In this document: positions 27,701 to 42,794 of the stretch, piece by piece
How positions within the stretch are numbered: position 1 is the first letter of the stretch
Layout: each line of letters starts with the position of its first letter
Translations under genes and position numbers: made by a program
From: the human T2T-CHM13v2.0 reference genome, Homo sapiens
Length of the DNA: 64,000 bases
Assembly (NCBI RefSeq): GCF_009914755.1
Contig: NC_060936.1
Reading direction: 5' to 3' (one strand)
The notes under the pieces: generated by a model
Databases searched by the model: none
What the model was told of the DNA's origin: nothing
What the model saw: only the letters and a program-made list of their open reading frames with translations

Positions 27701-30700
27701 GAAGAAATCCCTTTTCCAACGAAGGCCTCAAAGAGGTCCAAATATCCACTTGCAGACATTACAAACAGAGTGTTTCCAAACTGCTCCATCAAAAGAAAGG
27801 TTAAACTCTGTGAGCTGAACACACACATCAAAAAGAAGTTTCTGTGAATGATTCTGTCTAGATTTTATAAGAAGATGTTTCCTTTTCTACCGTAGGCCTC
27901 AAAGCGCTTGAAATCTCCACCTGCAAATTCCACAAAAAGGGTGTTTAACATCTGCTCTTCTAAAGGAAAGTTCAACTCTATGAGTTGAATACACACAGCA
28001 CAAAGAAGTTACTGAGACTTCTCCTATCAAACATTATATGAAGAAATCCCGTTTCCAACGAAGGCCTCAAAGAGGTCCAAATATCTGCTTGCAGACTTTA
28101 CAGACAGAGTGTTTCCAAACTGCTCCATCAAAAGAAAGGTTAAACTCCTTGAGTTGAACACACACATCACAAAGTAGTTTCTGTGAATGATTCTGTCTAG
28201 TTTTTATACGAAGATGTTTCCTTTTCTACCTTTGGTCTCAAAGCGATTGAAATCTCCACATGGAAACTCCACAAAAAGAGTGTTTCAAATCTGCTCTTTC
28301 TGAAGGAAGGTTCAACTCTGTGAGTTGAATACACACACCACAAATAAGTTACTGAGAATTCTTCTGTGTAACATTATATGAGGAAATCCCGTTTCCAACG
28401 AAGGCCTCAAAGAGGTCCAAATATCCACTTGCAGACTTTACAAAGACAGTGTCTCCAAACTCCTCCATCAAAAGAAAGGTTATACTCTGTGAATTGAACG
28501 CACACATCACAAAGTAGTTTCTGAGAATGATTCTGTCTAGTTTTTATACGAAGATATATCCTTTTCTACATTTGGCCTAAAAGCGCTTGAAATCTCCACC
28601 TGCAAATATCACAAAAAGAGGGTTTCACATCTGCTCTGTCTAAAGGACAGTTCACCTCTGTGAGTTGAATAGAGGCAACACAAAGAACTTACTCAGTATT
28701 CTTCTTTCTAGCGTTCTATGAAGAAATCCCGTTTCCAACGAAGGCCTCAAAGAGGTCAAATATCTGATTGCAGACTTTACAGACAGAGTGTTTCCAAACT
28801 ACTCTATGAAAAGAAAGCTTAAACTCCTTGAGTTGAACGCACACATCACAAAGTAGTTTCTGAGAATGATTCTGTCTAGTTTTTATACGAAGATGTTTCC
28901 TTTTCTACATTTGGTCTCAAAGCGATTGAAATCTCCAACTGGAAACTGCACAAATAGGGTGTTTCAAATCTGCTCTGTCTAAAGGAAGGTTCAACTCTGT
29001 GAGTTGAATACACACACCACAAATAAGTTACTGAGAATTCTTCTGTTGAACATTACATGAAGAAATCCCGTTTCCAACGAAGGCCTCAAAGAGGTCCAAA
29101 TATCCACTTGCAGACATTACAAACAGAGTGTTTCCAAACTGCTCCCTCAAAGGAAAGGTTAAACTCTGTGAGCTGAACACACACATCGAAAAGAAGTTTC
29201 TGTGAATGATTCTGTCTAGATTTTATAAGAAGATGTTTCCTTTTCTACCGTAGGCCTCAAAGCGCTTGAAATCTCCAGCTGCAAATTCCACAAAAAGGGT
29301 GTTTAACATCTGCTCTTCTAAAGGAAAGTTCAACTCTATGAGTTGAATACACACAGCACAAAGAAGTTACTGAGACTTCTCCCATCAAACATTATATGAA
29401 GAAATCCCGTTTCCAACGAAGGCCTCAAAGAGGTCCAAATATCTGCTTGCAGACTTTACAGACAGAGTGTTTCCAAACTGCTCCATCAAAAGAAAGATTA
29501 AACTCCTTGAGTTGAACACACACATCACAAAGTAGTTTCTGTGAATGATTCTGTCTAGTTTTTATACGAAGATGTTTCCTTTTCTACCTTTGGTCTCAAA
29601 GCGATTGAAATCTCCACATGGAAACTCCACAAAAAGAGTGTTTCAAATCTGCTCTTTCTGAAGGAAGGTCCAACTCTGTGAGTTGAATACACACACCACA
29701 AATAAGTTACTGAGAATTCTTCTGTGTAACATTATATGAGGAAATCCCGTTTCCAACGAAGGCCTCAAATAGATCCAAATATCCACTTGCAGACTTTACA
29801 AAGACAGTGTCTCCAAACTCCTCCATCAAAAGAAAGGTTATACTCTGTGAATTGAACGCACACATCACAAAGTAGTTTCTGAGAATGATTCTGTCTAGTT
29901 TTTATATGAAGATATTTCCTTTTCTACATTTGGCCTAAAAGCGCTTGAAATCTCCACCTGCAAATATCACAAAAACAGGGTTTCACATCTGCTCTGTCTA
30001 AAGGACAGTTCACCTCTGTGAGTTGAATAGAGGCAACACAAAGAACTTACTCAGTATTCTTCTTTCTAACGTTCTATGAAGAAATCCCGTTTCCAACGAA
30101 GGCCTCAAAGAGGTCCAAATATCTGCTTGCAGACTTTACAGACAGAGTGTTTCCAAACTACTCTATGAAAAGAAAGCTTAAACTCCTTGAGTTGAACGCA
30201 CACATCACAAAGTAGTTTCTGAGAATGATTCTGTCTAGTTTTTATACGAAGATGTTTCCTTTTCTACATTTGGTCTCAAAGCGATTGAAATCTCCAACTG
30301 GAAACTGCACAAATAGGGTGTTTCAAATCTGCTCTGTCTAAAGGAAGGTTCAACTCTGTGAGTTGAATACACACACCACAAATAAGTTACTGAGAATTCT
30401 TCTGTCGAACATTACTTGAAGAAATCCCGTTTCCAACGAAGGCCTCAAAGAGGTCCAAATATCCACTTGCAGACTTTACAAAGACAGTGTCTCCAAACTC
30501 CTCCATCAAAAGAAAGGTTATACTCTGTGAATTGAACGCACACATCACAAAGTAGTTTCTGAGAATGATTCTGTCTAGTTTTTATACGAAGATATTTCCT
30601 TTTCTACATTTGGCCTAAAAGCGCTTGAAATCTCCACCTGCAAATATCACAAAAAGAGGGTTTCACATCTGCTCTGTCTAAAGGACAGTTCACCTCTGTG

Positions 30701-33700
30701 AGTTGAATAGAGGCAACACAAAGAACTTACTCAGTATTCTTCTTTCTAGCGTTCTATGAAGAAATCCCGTTTCCAACGAAGACCCCAATGAAGTCCAAAT
30801 ATCTGCTTGCAGACTTTACAGACAGAGTGTTTCCAAACTACTCTATGAAAAGAAAGCTTAAACTCCTTGAGTTGAACGCACACATCACAAAGTAGTTTCT
30901 GAGAATGATGCTGTCTAGTTTTTGTACGAAGATGTTTCCTTTTCTACATTTGGTCTCAAAGCGATTGAAATCTCCAACTGGAAACTGCACAAATAGGGTG
31001 TTTCAAATCTGCTCTGTCTAAAGGAAGGTTCAACTCTGTGAGTTGAATACACACACCACAAATAAGTTACTGAGAATTCTTCTGTCGAACATTACAGGAA
31101 GAAATCCCGTTTCCAACGAAGGCCTCAAAGAGGTCCAAATATCCACTTGCAGACATTACAAACAGAGTGTTTCCAAACTGCTCCATCAAAAGAAAGGTTA
31201 AACTCTGTGAGCTGAACACACACATCAAAAAGAAGTTTCTGTGAATGATTCTGTCTAGATTTTATAAGAAGATGTTTCCTTTTCTACCGTAGGCCTCAAA
31301 GCGCTTGAAATCTCCAGCTGCAAATTCCACAAAAAGGGTGTTTAACATCTGCTCTTCTAAAGGAAAGTTCAACTCTATGAGTTGAATACACACAGCACAA
31401 AGAAGTTACTGAGACTTCTCCTATCAAACATTATATGAAGAAATCCCGTTTCCAACGAAGGCCTCAAAGAGGTCCAAATATCTGCTTGCAGACTTTACAG
31501 ACAGAGTGTTTCCAAACTGCTCCATCAAAAGAAAGGTTAAACTCCTTGAGTTGAACACACACATCACAAAGTAGTTTCTGTGAATGATTCTGTCTAGTTT
31601 TTATACGAAGATGTTTCCTTTTCTACCTTTGGTCTGAAAGCGATTGAAATCTCCACATGGAAACTCCACAAAAAGAGTGTTTCAAATCTGCTCTTTCTGA
31701 AGGAAGGTTCAACTCTGTGAGTTGAATACACACACCACAAATAAGTTACTGAGAATTCTTCTGTGTAACATTATATGAGGAAATTCCGTTTCCAACGAAG
31801 GCCTCAAAGAGGTCCAAATATCCACTTGCAGACTTTACAAAGACAGTGTCTCCAAACTCCTCCATCAAAAGAAAGGTTATACTCTGTGAATTGAATGCAC
31901 ACATCACAAAGTAGTTTCTGAGAATGATTCTGTCTAGTTTTTATACGAAGATATTTCCTTTTCTACATTTGGCCTAAAAGCGCTTGAAATCTCCACCTGC
32001 AAATATCACAAAAAGAGGGTTTCACATCTGCTCTGTCTAAAGGACAGTTCACCTCTGTGAGTTGAATAGAGGCAACACAAAGAACTTACTCAGTATTCTT
32101 CTTTCTAGCGTTCTATGAAGAAATCCCGTTTCCAACGAAGGCCCCAAAGAGGTCCAAATATCTGCTTGCAGACTTTACAGACAGAGTGTTTCCAAACTAC
32201 TCTATGAAAAGAAAGCTTAAACTCCTTGAGTTGAACGCACACATCACAAAGTAGTTTCTGAGAATGATTCTGTCTAGTTTTTATACGAAGATGTTTCCTT
32301 TTCTACATTTGGTCTCAAAGCGATTGAAATCTCCACCTGGAAACTGCACAAATAGGGTGTATCAAATCTGCTCTGTCTAAAGAAGGTTCAACTCTGTGAG
32401 TTGAATACACACACCACAAATAAGTTACTGAGAATTCTTCTGTCGAACATTACTTGAAGAAATCCCGTTTCCAACGAAGGCCTCAAAGAGGTCCAAATAT
32501 CTGCTTGCAGACTTTACAGACAGAGTGTTTCCAAACTACTCTATGAAAAGAAAGCTTAAACTCCTTGAGTTGAACGCACACATCACAAAGTAGTTTCTGA
32601 GAATGATTCTGTCTAGTTTTTATACGAAGATGTTTCCTTTTCTACATTTGGTCTCAAAGCGATTGAAATCTCCAACTGGAAACTGCACAAATAGGGTGTT
32701 TCAAATCTGCTCTGTCTAAAGGAAGGTTCAACTCTGTGAGTTGAATACACACACCACAAATAAGTTACTGAGAATTCTTCTGTCGAAAATTACTTGAAGA
32801 AATCCCGTTTCCAACTAAGGCCTCAAAGAGGTCCAAATATCCTCTTGCAGACATTACAAACAGAGTGTTTCCAAACTGCTCCATCAAAAGAAAGGTTAAA
32901 CTCTGTGAGCTGAACACACACATCAAAAAGAAGTTTCTGTGAATGATTCTGTCTAGATTTTATAAGAAGATGTTTCCTTTTCTACCGTAGGCCTCAAAGC
33001 GCTTGAAATCTCCAGCTGCAAATTCCACAAAAATGGTGTTTAACATCTGCCCTTCTAAAGGAAAGTTCAACTCTACGAGTTGAATACACACAGCACAAAG
33101 AAGTTACTGAGACTTCTCCTATCAAACATTATATGAAGAAATCCCGTTTCCAACGAAGGCCTCAAAGAGGTCCAAATATCTGCTTGCAGACTTTACAGAC
33201 AGAGTGTTTCCAAACTGCTCCATCAAAAGAAAGGTTAAACTCCTTGAGTTGAACACACACATCACAAAGTAGTTTCTGTGAATGATTCTGTCTAGTTTTC
33301 ATACGAAGATGTTTCCTTTTCTACCTTTGGTCTCAAAGCGATTGAAATCTCCACATGGAAACTCCACAAAAAGAGTGTTTCAAATCTGCTCTTTCTGAAG
33401 GAAGGTTCAACTCTGTGAGTTGAATACACACACCACAAATAAGTTACTGAGAATTCTTCTGTGTAACATTATATGAGGAAATCCCGTTTCCAACGAAGGC
33501 CTCAAAGAGGTCCAAATATCCACTTGCAGACTTTACAAAGACAGTGTCTCCAAACTCCTCCATCAAAAGAAAGGTTATACTCTGTGAATTGAACGCACAC
33601 ATCACAAAGTAGTTTCTGAGAATGATTCTGTCTAGTTTTTATACGAAGATATTTCCTTTTCTACATTTGGCCTAAAAGCGCTTGAAATCTCCACCTGCAA

Positions 33701-36700
33701 ATATCACAAAAAGAGGGTTTCACATCTGCTCTGTCTAAAGGACAGTTCACCTCTGTGAGTTGAATAGAGGCAACACAAAGAACTTACTCAGTATTCTTCT
33801 TTCTAGCGTTCTATGAAGAAATCCCGTTTCCAACGAAGGCCTCAAAGAGGTCAAATATCTGATTGCAGACTTTACAGACAGAGTGTTTCCAAACTACTCT
33901 ATGAAAAGAAAGCTTAAACTCCTTGAGTTGAACGCACACATCACAAAGTAGTTTCTGAGAATGATTCTGTCTAGTTTTTATACGAAGATGTTTCCTTTTC
34001 TACATTTGATCTCAAAGCGATTGAAATCTCCAACTGGAAACTGCACAAATAGGGTGTTTCAAATCTGCTCTGTCTAAAGGAAGGTTCAACTCTGTGAGTT
34101 GAATACACACACCACAAATAAGTTACTGAGAATTCTTCTGTTGAACATTACATGAAGAAATCCCGTTTCCAACGAAGGCCTCAAAGAGGTCCAAATATCC
34201 ACTTGCAGACATTACAAACAGAGTGTTTCCAAACTGCTCCATCAAAGGAAAGGTTAAACTCTGTGAGCTGAACACACACATCGAAAAGAAGTTTCTGTGA
34301 ATGATTCTGTCTAGATTTTATAAGAAGATGTTTCCTTTTCTACCGTAGGCCTCAAAGCGCTTGAAATCTCCAGCTGCAAATTCCACAAAAAGGGTGTTTA
34401 ACATCTGCTCTTCTAAAGGAAAGTTCAACTCTATGAGTTGAATACACACAGCACAAAGAAGTTACTGAGACTTCTCCCATCAAACATTATATGAAGAAAT
34501 CCCGTTTCCAACGAAGGCCTCAAAGAGGTCCAAATATCTGCTTGCAGACTTTACAGACAGAGTGTTTCCAAACTGCTCCATCAAAAGAAAGATTAAACTC
34601 CTTGAGTTGAACACACACATCACAAAGTAGTTTCTGTGAATGATTCTGTCTAGTTTTTATACGAAGATGTTTCCTTTTCTACCTTTGGTCTCAAAGCGAT
34701 TGAAATCTCCACATGGAAACTCCACAAAAAGAGTGTTTCAAATCTGCTCTTTCTGAAGGAAGGTTCAACTCTGTGAGTTGAATACACACACCACAAATAA
34801 GTTACTGAGAATTCTTCTGTGTAACATTATATGAGGAAATTCCGTTTCCAACGAAGGCCTCAAAGAGGTCCAAATATCCACTTGCAGACTTTACAAAGAC
34901 AGTGTCTCCAAACTCCTCCATCAAAAGAAAGGTTATACTCTGTGAATTGAATGCACACATCACAAAGTAGTTTCTGAGAATGATTCTGTCTAGTTTTTAT
35001 ACGAAGATATTTCCTTTTCTACATTTGGCCTAAAAGCGCTTGAAATCTCCACCTGCAAATATCACAAAAAGAGGGTTTCACATCTGCTCTGTCTAAAGGA
35101 CAGTTCACCTCTGTGAGTTGAATAGAGGCAACACAAAGAACTTACTCAGTATTCTTCTTTCTAGCGTTCTATGAAGAAATCCCGTTTCCAACGAAGGCCC
35201 CAAAGAGGTCCAAATATCTGCTTGCAGACTTTACAGACAGAGTGTTTCCAAACTACTCTATGAAAAGAAAGCTTAAACTCCTTGAGTTGAACGCACACAT
35301 CACAAAGTAGTTTCTGAGAATGATTCTGTCTAGTTTTTATACGAAGATGTTTCCTTTTCTACATTTGGTCTCAAAGCGATTGAAATCTCCACCTGGAAAC
35401 TGCACAAATAGGGTGTATCAAATCTGCTCTGTCTAAAGAAGGTTCAACTCTGTGAGTTGAATACACACACCACAAATAAGTTACTGAGAATTCTTCTGTC
35501 GAACATTACTTGAAGAAATCCCGTTTCCAACGAAGGCCTCAAAGAGGTCCAAATATCTGCTTGCAGACTTTACAGACAGAGTGTTTCCAAACTACTCTAT
35601 GAAAAGAAAGCTTAAACTCCTTGAGTTGAACGCACACATCACAAAGTAGTTTCTGAGAATGATTCTGTCTAGTTTTTATACGAAGATGTTTCCTTTTCTA
35701 CATTTGGTCTCAAAGCGATTGAAATCTCCAACTGGAAACTGCACAAATAGGGTGTTTCAAATCTGCTCTGTCTAAAGGAAGGTTCAACTCTGTGAGTTGA
35801 ATACACACACCACAAATAAGTTACTGAGAATTCTTCTGTCGAAAATTACTTGAAGAAATCCCGTTTCCAACTAAGGCCTCAAAGAGGTCCAAATATCCTC
35901 TTGCAGACATTACAAACAGAGTGTTTCCAAACTGCTCCATCAAAAGAAAGGTTAAACTCTGTGAGCTGAACACACACATCAAAAAGAAGTTTCTGTGAAT
36001 GATTCTGTCTAGATTTTATAAGAAGATGTTTCCTTTTCTACCGTAGGCCTCAAAGCGCTTGAAATCTCCAGCTGCAAATTCCACAAAAATGGTGTTTAAC
36101 ATCTGCCCTTCTAAAGGAAAGTTCAACTCTACGAGTTGAATACACACAGCACAAAGAAGTTACTGAGACTTCTCCTATCAAACATTATATGAAGAAATCC
36201 CGTTTCCAACGAAGGCCTCAAAGAGGTCCAAATATCTGCTTGCAGACTTTACAGACAGAGTGTTTCCAAACTGCTCCATCAAAAGAAAGGTTAAACTCCT
36301 TGAGTTGAACACACACATCACAAAGTAGTTTCTGTGAATGATTCTGTCTAGTTTTCATACGAAGATGTTTCCTTTTCTACCTTTGGTCTCAAAGCGATTG
36401 AAATCTCCACATGGAAACTCCACAAAAAGAGTGTTTCAAATCTGCTCTTTCTGAAGGAAGGTTCAACTCTGTGAGTTGAATACACACACCACAAATAAGT
36501 TACTGAGAATTCTTCTGTGTAACATTATATGAGGAAATCCCGTTTCCAACGAAGGCCTCAAAGAGGTCCAAATATCCACTTGCAGACTTTACAAAGACAG
36601 TGTCTCCAAACTCCTCCATCAAAAGAAAGGTTATACTCTGTGAATTGAACGCACACATCACAAAGTAGTTTCTGAGAATGATTCTGTCTAGTTTTTATAC

Positions 36701-39700
36701 GAAGATATTTCCTTTTCTACATTTGGCCTAAAAGCGCTTGAAATCTCCACCTGCAAATATCACAAAAAGAGGGTTTCACATCTGCTCTGTCTAAAGGACA
36801 GTTCACCTCTGTGAGTTGAATAGAGGCAACACAAAGAACTTACTCAGTATTCTTCTTTCTAGCATTCTATGAAGAAATCCCGTTTCCAACGAAGGCCCCA
36901 AAGAGGTCCAAATATCTGCTTGCAGACTTTACAAAGACAGTGTCTCCAAACTCCTCCATCAAAAGAAAGGTTATACTCTGTGAATTGAACGCACACATCA
37001 CAAAGTAGTTTCTGAGAATGATTCTGTCTAGTTTTTATACGAAGATATTTCCTTTTCTACATTTGGCCTAAAAGCGCTTGAAATCTCCACCTGCAAATAT
37101 CACAAAAAGAGGGTTTCACATCTGCTCTATCTAAAGGAGAGTTCACCTCTGTGAGTTGAATAGAGGCAACACAAAGAACTTACTCAGTATTCTTCTTTCT
37201 AGCGTTCTATGAAGAAATCCCGTTTCCAACGAAGGCCTCAAAGAGGTCAAATATCTGCTTGCAGACTTTACAGACAGAGTGTTTCCAAACTACTCTATGA
37301 AAAGAAAGCTTAAACTCCTTGAGTTGAACGCACACATCACAAAGTAGTTTCTGAGAATGATTCTGTCTAGTTTTTATACGAAGATGTTTCCTTTTCTACA
37401 TTTGGTCTCAAAGCGATTGAAATCTCCAACTGGAAACTGCACAAATAGGCTGTTTCAAATCTGCTCTGTCTAAAGGAAGGTTCAACTCTGTGAGTTGAAT
37501 ACACACACCACAAATAAGTTACTGAGAATTCTTCTGTCGAACATTACTTGAAGAAATCCCGTTTCCAACGAAGGCCTCAAAGAGGTCCAAATATCCACTT
37601 GCAGACATTACAAACAGAGTGTTTCCAAACTGCTCCATCAAAAGAAAGGTTAAACTCTGTGAGCTGAACACACACATCAAAAAGAAGTTTCTGTGAATGA
37701 TTCTGTCTAGATTTTATAAGAAGATGTTTCCTTTTCTACCGTAGGCCTCAAAGCGCTTGAAATCTCCACCTGCAAATTCCACAAAAAGGGTGTTTAACAT
37801 CTGCTCTTCTAAAGGAAAGTTCAACTCTATGAGTTGAATACACACAGCACAAAGAAGTTACTGAGACTTCTCCTATCAAACATTATATGAAGAAATCCCG
37901 TTTCCAACGAAGGCCTCAAAGAGGTCCAAATATCTGCTTGCAGACTTTACAGACAGAGTGTTTCCAAACTGCTCCATCAAAAGAAAGGTTAAACTCCTTG
38001 AGTTGAACACACACATCACAAAGTAGTTTCTGTGAATGATTCTGTCTAGTTTTTATACGAAGATGTTTCCTTTTCTACCTTTGGTCTCAAAGCGATTGAA
38101 ATCTCCACATGGAAACTCCACAAAAAGAGTGTTTCAAATCTGCTCTTTGTGAAGGAAGGTTCAACTCTGTGAGTTGAATACACACACCACAAATAAGTTA
38201 CTGAGAATTCTTCTGTGTAACATTATATGAGGAAATCCCGTTTCCAACGAAGGCCTCAAAGAGGTCCAAATATCCACTTGCAGACTTTACAAAGACAGTG
38301 TCTCCAAACTCCTCCATCAAAAGAAAGGTTATACTCTGTGAATTGAACGCACACATCACAAAGTAGTTTCTGAGAATGATTCTGTCTAGTTTTTATACGA
38401 AGATATATCCTTTTCTACATTTGGCCTAAAAGCGCTTGAAATCTCCACCTGCAAATATCACAAAAAGAGGGTTTCACATCTGCTCTGTCTAAAGGACAGT
38501 TCACCTCTGTGAGTTGAATAGAGGCAACACAAAGAACTTACTCAGTATTCTTCTTTCTAGCGTTCTATGAAGAAATCCCGTTTCCAACGAAGGCCTCAAA
38601 GAGGTCAAATATCTGATTGCAGACTTTACAGACAGAGTGTTTCCAAACTACTCTATGAAAAGAAAGCTTAAACTCCTTGAGTTGAACGCACACATCACAA
38701 AGTAGTTTCTGAGAATGATTCTGTCTAGTTTTTATACGAAGATGTTTCCTTTTCTACATTTGATCTCAAAGCGATTGAAATCTCCAACTGGAAACTGCAC
38801 AAATAGGGTGTTTCAAATCTGCTCTGTCTAAAGGAAGGTTCAACTCTGTGAGTTGAATACACACACCACAAATAAGTTACTGAGAATTCTTCTGTTGAAC
38901 ATTACATGAAGAAATCCCGTTTCCAACGAAGGCCTCAAAGAGGTCCAAATATCCACTTGCAGACATTACAAACAGAGTGTTTCCAAACTGCTCCATCAAA
39001 GGAAAGGTTAAACTCTGTGAGCTGAACACACACATCGAAAAGAAGTTTCTGTGAATGATTCTGTCTAGATTTTATAAGAAGATGTTTCCTTTTCTACCGT
39101 AGGCCTCAAAGCGCTTGAAATCTCCAGCTGCAAATTCCACAAAAAGGGTGTTTAACATCTGCTCTTCTAAAGGAAAGTTCAACTCTATGAGTTGAATACA
39201 CACAGCACAAAGAAGTTACTGAGACTTCTCCCATCAAACATTATATGAAGAAATCCCGTTTCCAACGAAGGCCTCAAAGAGGTCCAAATATCTGCTTGCA
39301 GACTTTACAGACAGAGTGTTTCCAAACTGCTCCATCAAAAGAAAGATTAAACTCCTTGAGTTGAACACACACATCACAAAGTAGTTTCTGTGAATGATTC
39401 TGTCTAGTTTTTATACGAAGATGTTTCCTTTTCTACCTTTGGTCTCAAAGCGATTGAAATCTCCACATGGAAACTCCACAAAAAGAGTGTTTCAAATCTG
39501 CTCTTTCTGAAGGAAGGTCCAACTCTGTGAGTTGAATACACACACCACAAATAAGTTACTGAGAATTCTTCTGTGTAACATTATATGAGGAAATTCCGTT
39601 TCCAACGAAGGCCTCAAATAGATCCAAATATCCACTTGCAGACTTTACAAAGACAGTGTCTCCAAACTCCTCCATCAAAAGAAAGGTTATACTCTGTGAA

Positions 39701-42700
39701 TTGAACGCACACATCACAAAGTAGTTTCTGAGAATGATTCTGTCTAGTTTTTATATGAAGATATTTCCTTTTCTACATTTGGCCTAAAAGCGCTTGAAAT
39801 CTCCACCTGCAAATATCACAAAAACAGGGTTTCACATCTGCTCTGTCTAAAGGACAGTTCACCTCTGTGAGTTGAATAGAGGCAACACAAAGAACTTACT
39901 CAGTATTCTTCTTTCTAACGTTCTATGAAGAAATCCCGTTTCCAACGAAGGCCTCAAAGAGGTCCAAATATCTGCTTGCAGACTTTACAGACAGAGTGTT
40001 TCCAAACTACTCTATGAAAAGAAAGCTTAAACTCCTTGAGTTGAACGCACACATCACAAAGTAGTTTCTGAGAATGATTCTGTCTAGTTTTTATACGAAG
40101 ATGTTTCCTTTTCTACATTTGGTCTCAAAGCGATTGAAATCTCCAACTGGAAACTGCACAAATAGGGTGTTTCAAATCTGCTCTGTCTAAAGGAAGGTTC
40201 AACTCTGTGAGTTGAATACACACACCACAAATAAGTTACTGAGAATTCTTCTGTCGAACATTACTTGAAGAAATCCCGTTTCCAACGAAGGCCTCAAAGA
40301 GGTCCAAATATCCACTTGCAGACTTTACAAAGACAGTGTCTCCAAACTCCTCCATCAAAAGAAAGGTTATACTCTGTGAATTGAACGCACACATCACAAA
40401 GTAGTTTCTGAGAATGATTCTGTCTAGTTTTTATACGAAGATATTTCCTTTTCTACATTTGGCCTAAAAGCGCTTGAAATCTCCACCTGCAAATATCACA
40501 AAAAGAGGGTTTCACATCTGCTCTGTCTAAAGGACAGTTCACCTCTGTGAGTTGAATAGAGGCAACACAAAGAACTTACTCAGTATTCTTCTTTCTAGCG
40601 TTCTATGAAGAAATCCCGTTTCCAACGAAGACCCCAATGAAGTCCAAATATCTGCTTGCAGACTTTACAGACAGAGTGTTTCCAAACTACTCTATGAAAA
40701 GAAAGCTTAAACTCCTTGAGTTGAACGCACACATCACAAAGTAGTTTCTGAGAATGATGCTGTCTAGTTTTTGTACGAAGATGTTTCCTTTTCTACATTT
40801 GGTCTCAAAGCGATTGAAATCTCCAACTGGAAACTGCACAAATAGGGTGTTTCAAATCTGCTCTGTCTAAAGGAAGGTTCAACTCTGTGAGTTGAATACA
40901 CACACCACAAATAAGTTACTGAGAATTCTTCTGTCGAACATTACAGGAAGAAATCCCGTTTCCAACGAAGGCCTCAAAGAGGTCCAAATATCCACTTGCA
41001 GACATTACAAACAGAGTGTTTCCAAACTGCTCCATCAAAAGAAAGGTTAAACTCTGTGAGCTGAACACACACATCAAAAAGAAGTTTCTGTGAATGATTC
41101 TGTCTAGATTTTATAAGAAGATGTTTCCTTTTCTACCGTAGGCCTCAAAGCGCTTGAAATCTCCAGCTGCAAATTCCACAAAAAGGGTGTTTAACATCTG
41201 CTCTTCTAAAGGAAAGTTCAACTCTATGAGTTGAATACACACAGCACAAAGAAGTTACTGAGACTTCTCCTATCAAACATTATATGAAGAAATCCCGTTT
41301 CCAACGAAGGCCTCAAAGAGGTCCAAATATCTGCTTGCAGACTTTACAGACAGAGTGTTTCCAAACTGCTCCATCAAAAGAAAGGTTAAACTCCTTGAGT
41401 TGAACACACACATCACAAAGTAGTTTCTGTGAATGATTCTGTCTAGTTTTTATACGAAGATGTTTCCTTTTCTACCTTTGGTCTGAAAGCGATTGAAATC
41501 TCCACATGGAAACTCCACAAAAAGAGTGTTTCAAATCTGCTCTTTCTGAAGGAAGGTTCAACTCTGTGAGTTGAATACACACACCACAAATAAGTTACTG
41601 AGAATTCTTCTGTGTAACATTATATGAGGAAATCCCGTTTCCAACGAAGGCCTCAAAGAGGTCCAAATATCCACTTGCAGACTTTACAAAGACAGTGTCT
41701 CCAAACTCCTCCATCAAAAGAAAGGTTATACTCTGTGAATTGAATGCACACATCACAAAGTAGTTTCTGAGAATGATTCTGTCTAGTTTTTATACGAAGA
41801 TATTTCCTTTTCTACATTTGGCCTAAAAGCGCTTGAAATCTCCACCTGCAAATATCACAAAAAGAGGGTTTCACATCTGCTCTGTCTAAAGGACAGTTCA
41901 CCTCTGTGAGTTGAATAGAGGCAACACAAAGAACTTACTCAGTATTCTTCTTTCTAGCGTTCTATGAAGAAATCCCGTTTCCAACGAAGGCCCCAAAGAG
42001 GTCCAAATATCTGCTTGCAGACTTTACAGACAGAGTGTTTCCAAACTACTCTATGAAAAGAAAGCTTAAACTCCTTGAGTTGAACGCACACATCACAAAG
42101 TAGTTTCTGAGAATGATTCTGTCTAGTTTTTATACGAAGATGTTTCCTTTTCTACATTTGGTCTCAAAGCGATTGAAATCTCCACCTGGAAACTGCACAA
42201 ATAGGGTGTATCAAATCTGCTCTGTCTAAAGAAGGTTCAACTCTGTGAGTTGAATACACACACCACAAATAAGTTACTGAGAATTCTTCTGTCGAAGATT
42301 ACTTGAAGAAATCCCGTTTCCAACGAAGGCCTCAAAGAGGTCCAAATATCTGCTTGCAGACTTTACAGACAGAGTGTTTCCAAACTACTCTATGAAAAGA
42401 AAGCTTAAACTCCTTGAGTTGAACGCACACATCACAAAGTAGTTTCTGAGAATGATTCTGTCTAGTTTTTATACGAAGATGTTTCCTTTTCTACATTTGG
42501 TCTCAAAGCGATTGAAATCTCCAACTGGAAACTGCACAAATAGGGTGTTTCAAATCTGCTCTGTCTAAAGGAAGGTTCAACTCTGTGAGTTGAATACACA
42601 CACCACAAATAAGTTACTGAGAATTCTTCTGTCGAAAATTACTTGAAGAAATCCCGTTTCCAACTAAGGCCTCAAAGAGGTCCAAATATCCTCTTGCAGA

Positions 42701-42794
42701 CATTACAAACAGAGTGTTTCCAAACTGCTCCATCAAAAGAAAGGTTAAACTCTGTGAGCTGAACACACACATCAAAAAGAAGTTTCTGTGAATG
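24794..42794. repeat. Large near-tandem duplication (~8 kb) at offset 9849 bp (58 monomers), with nested smaller repeats
   Basis: Dimer order and private SNVs match at 26492/36341, 28190/38039, 29548/39397, 30908/40757, 31587/41436 and 32606/42455. Examples are GATATATCC, CTGATTG, AATAGATCC, GACCCCAATGAAG and ATGCTG..GTACG. Confidence 0.88.
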
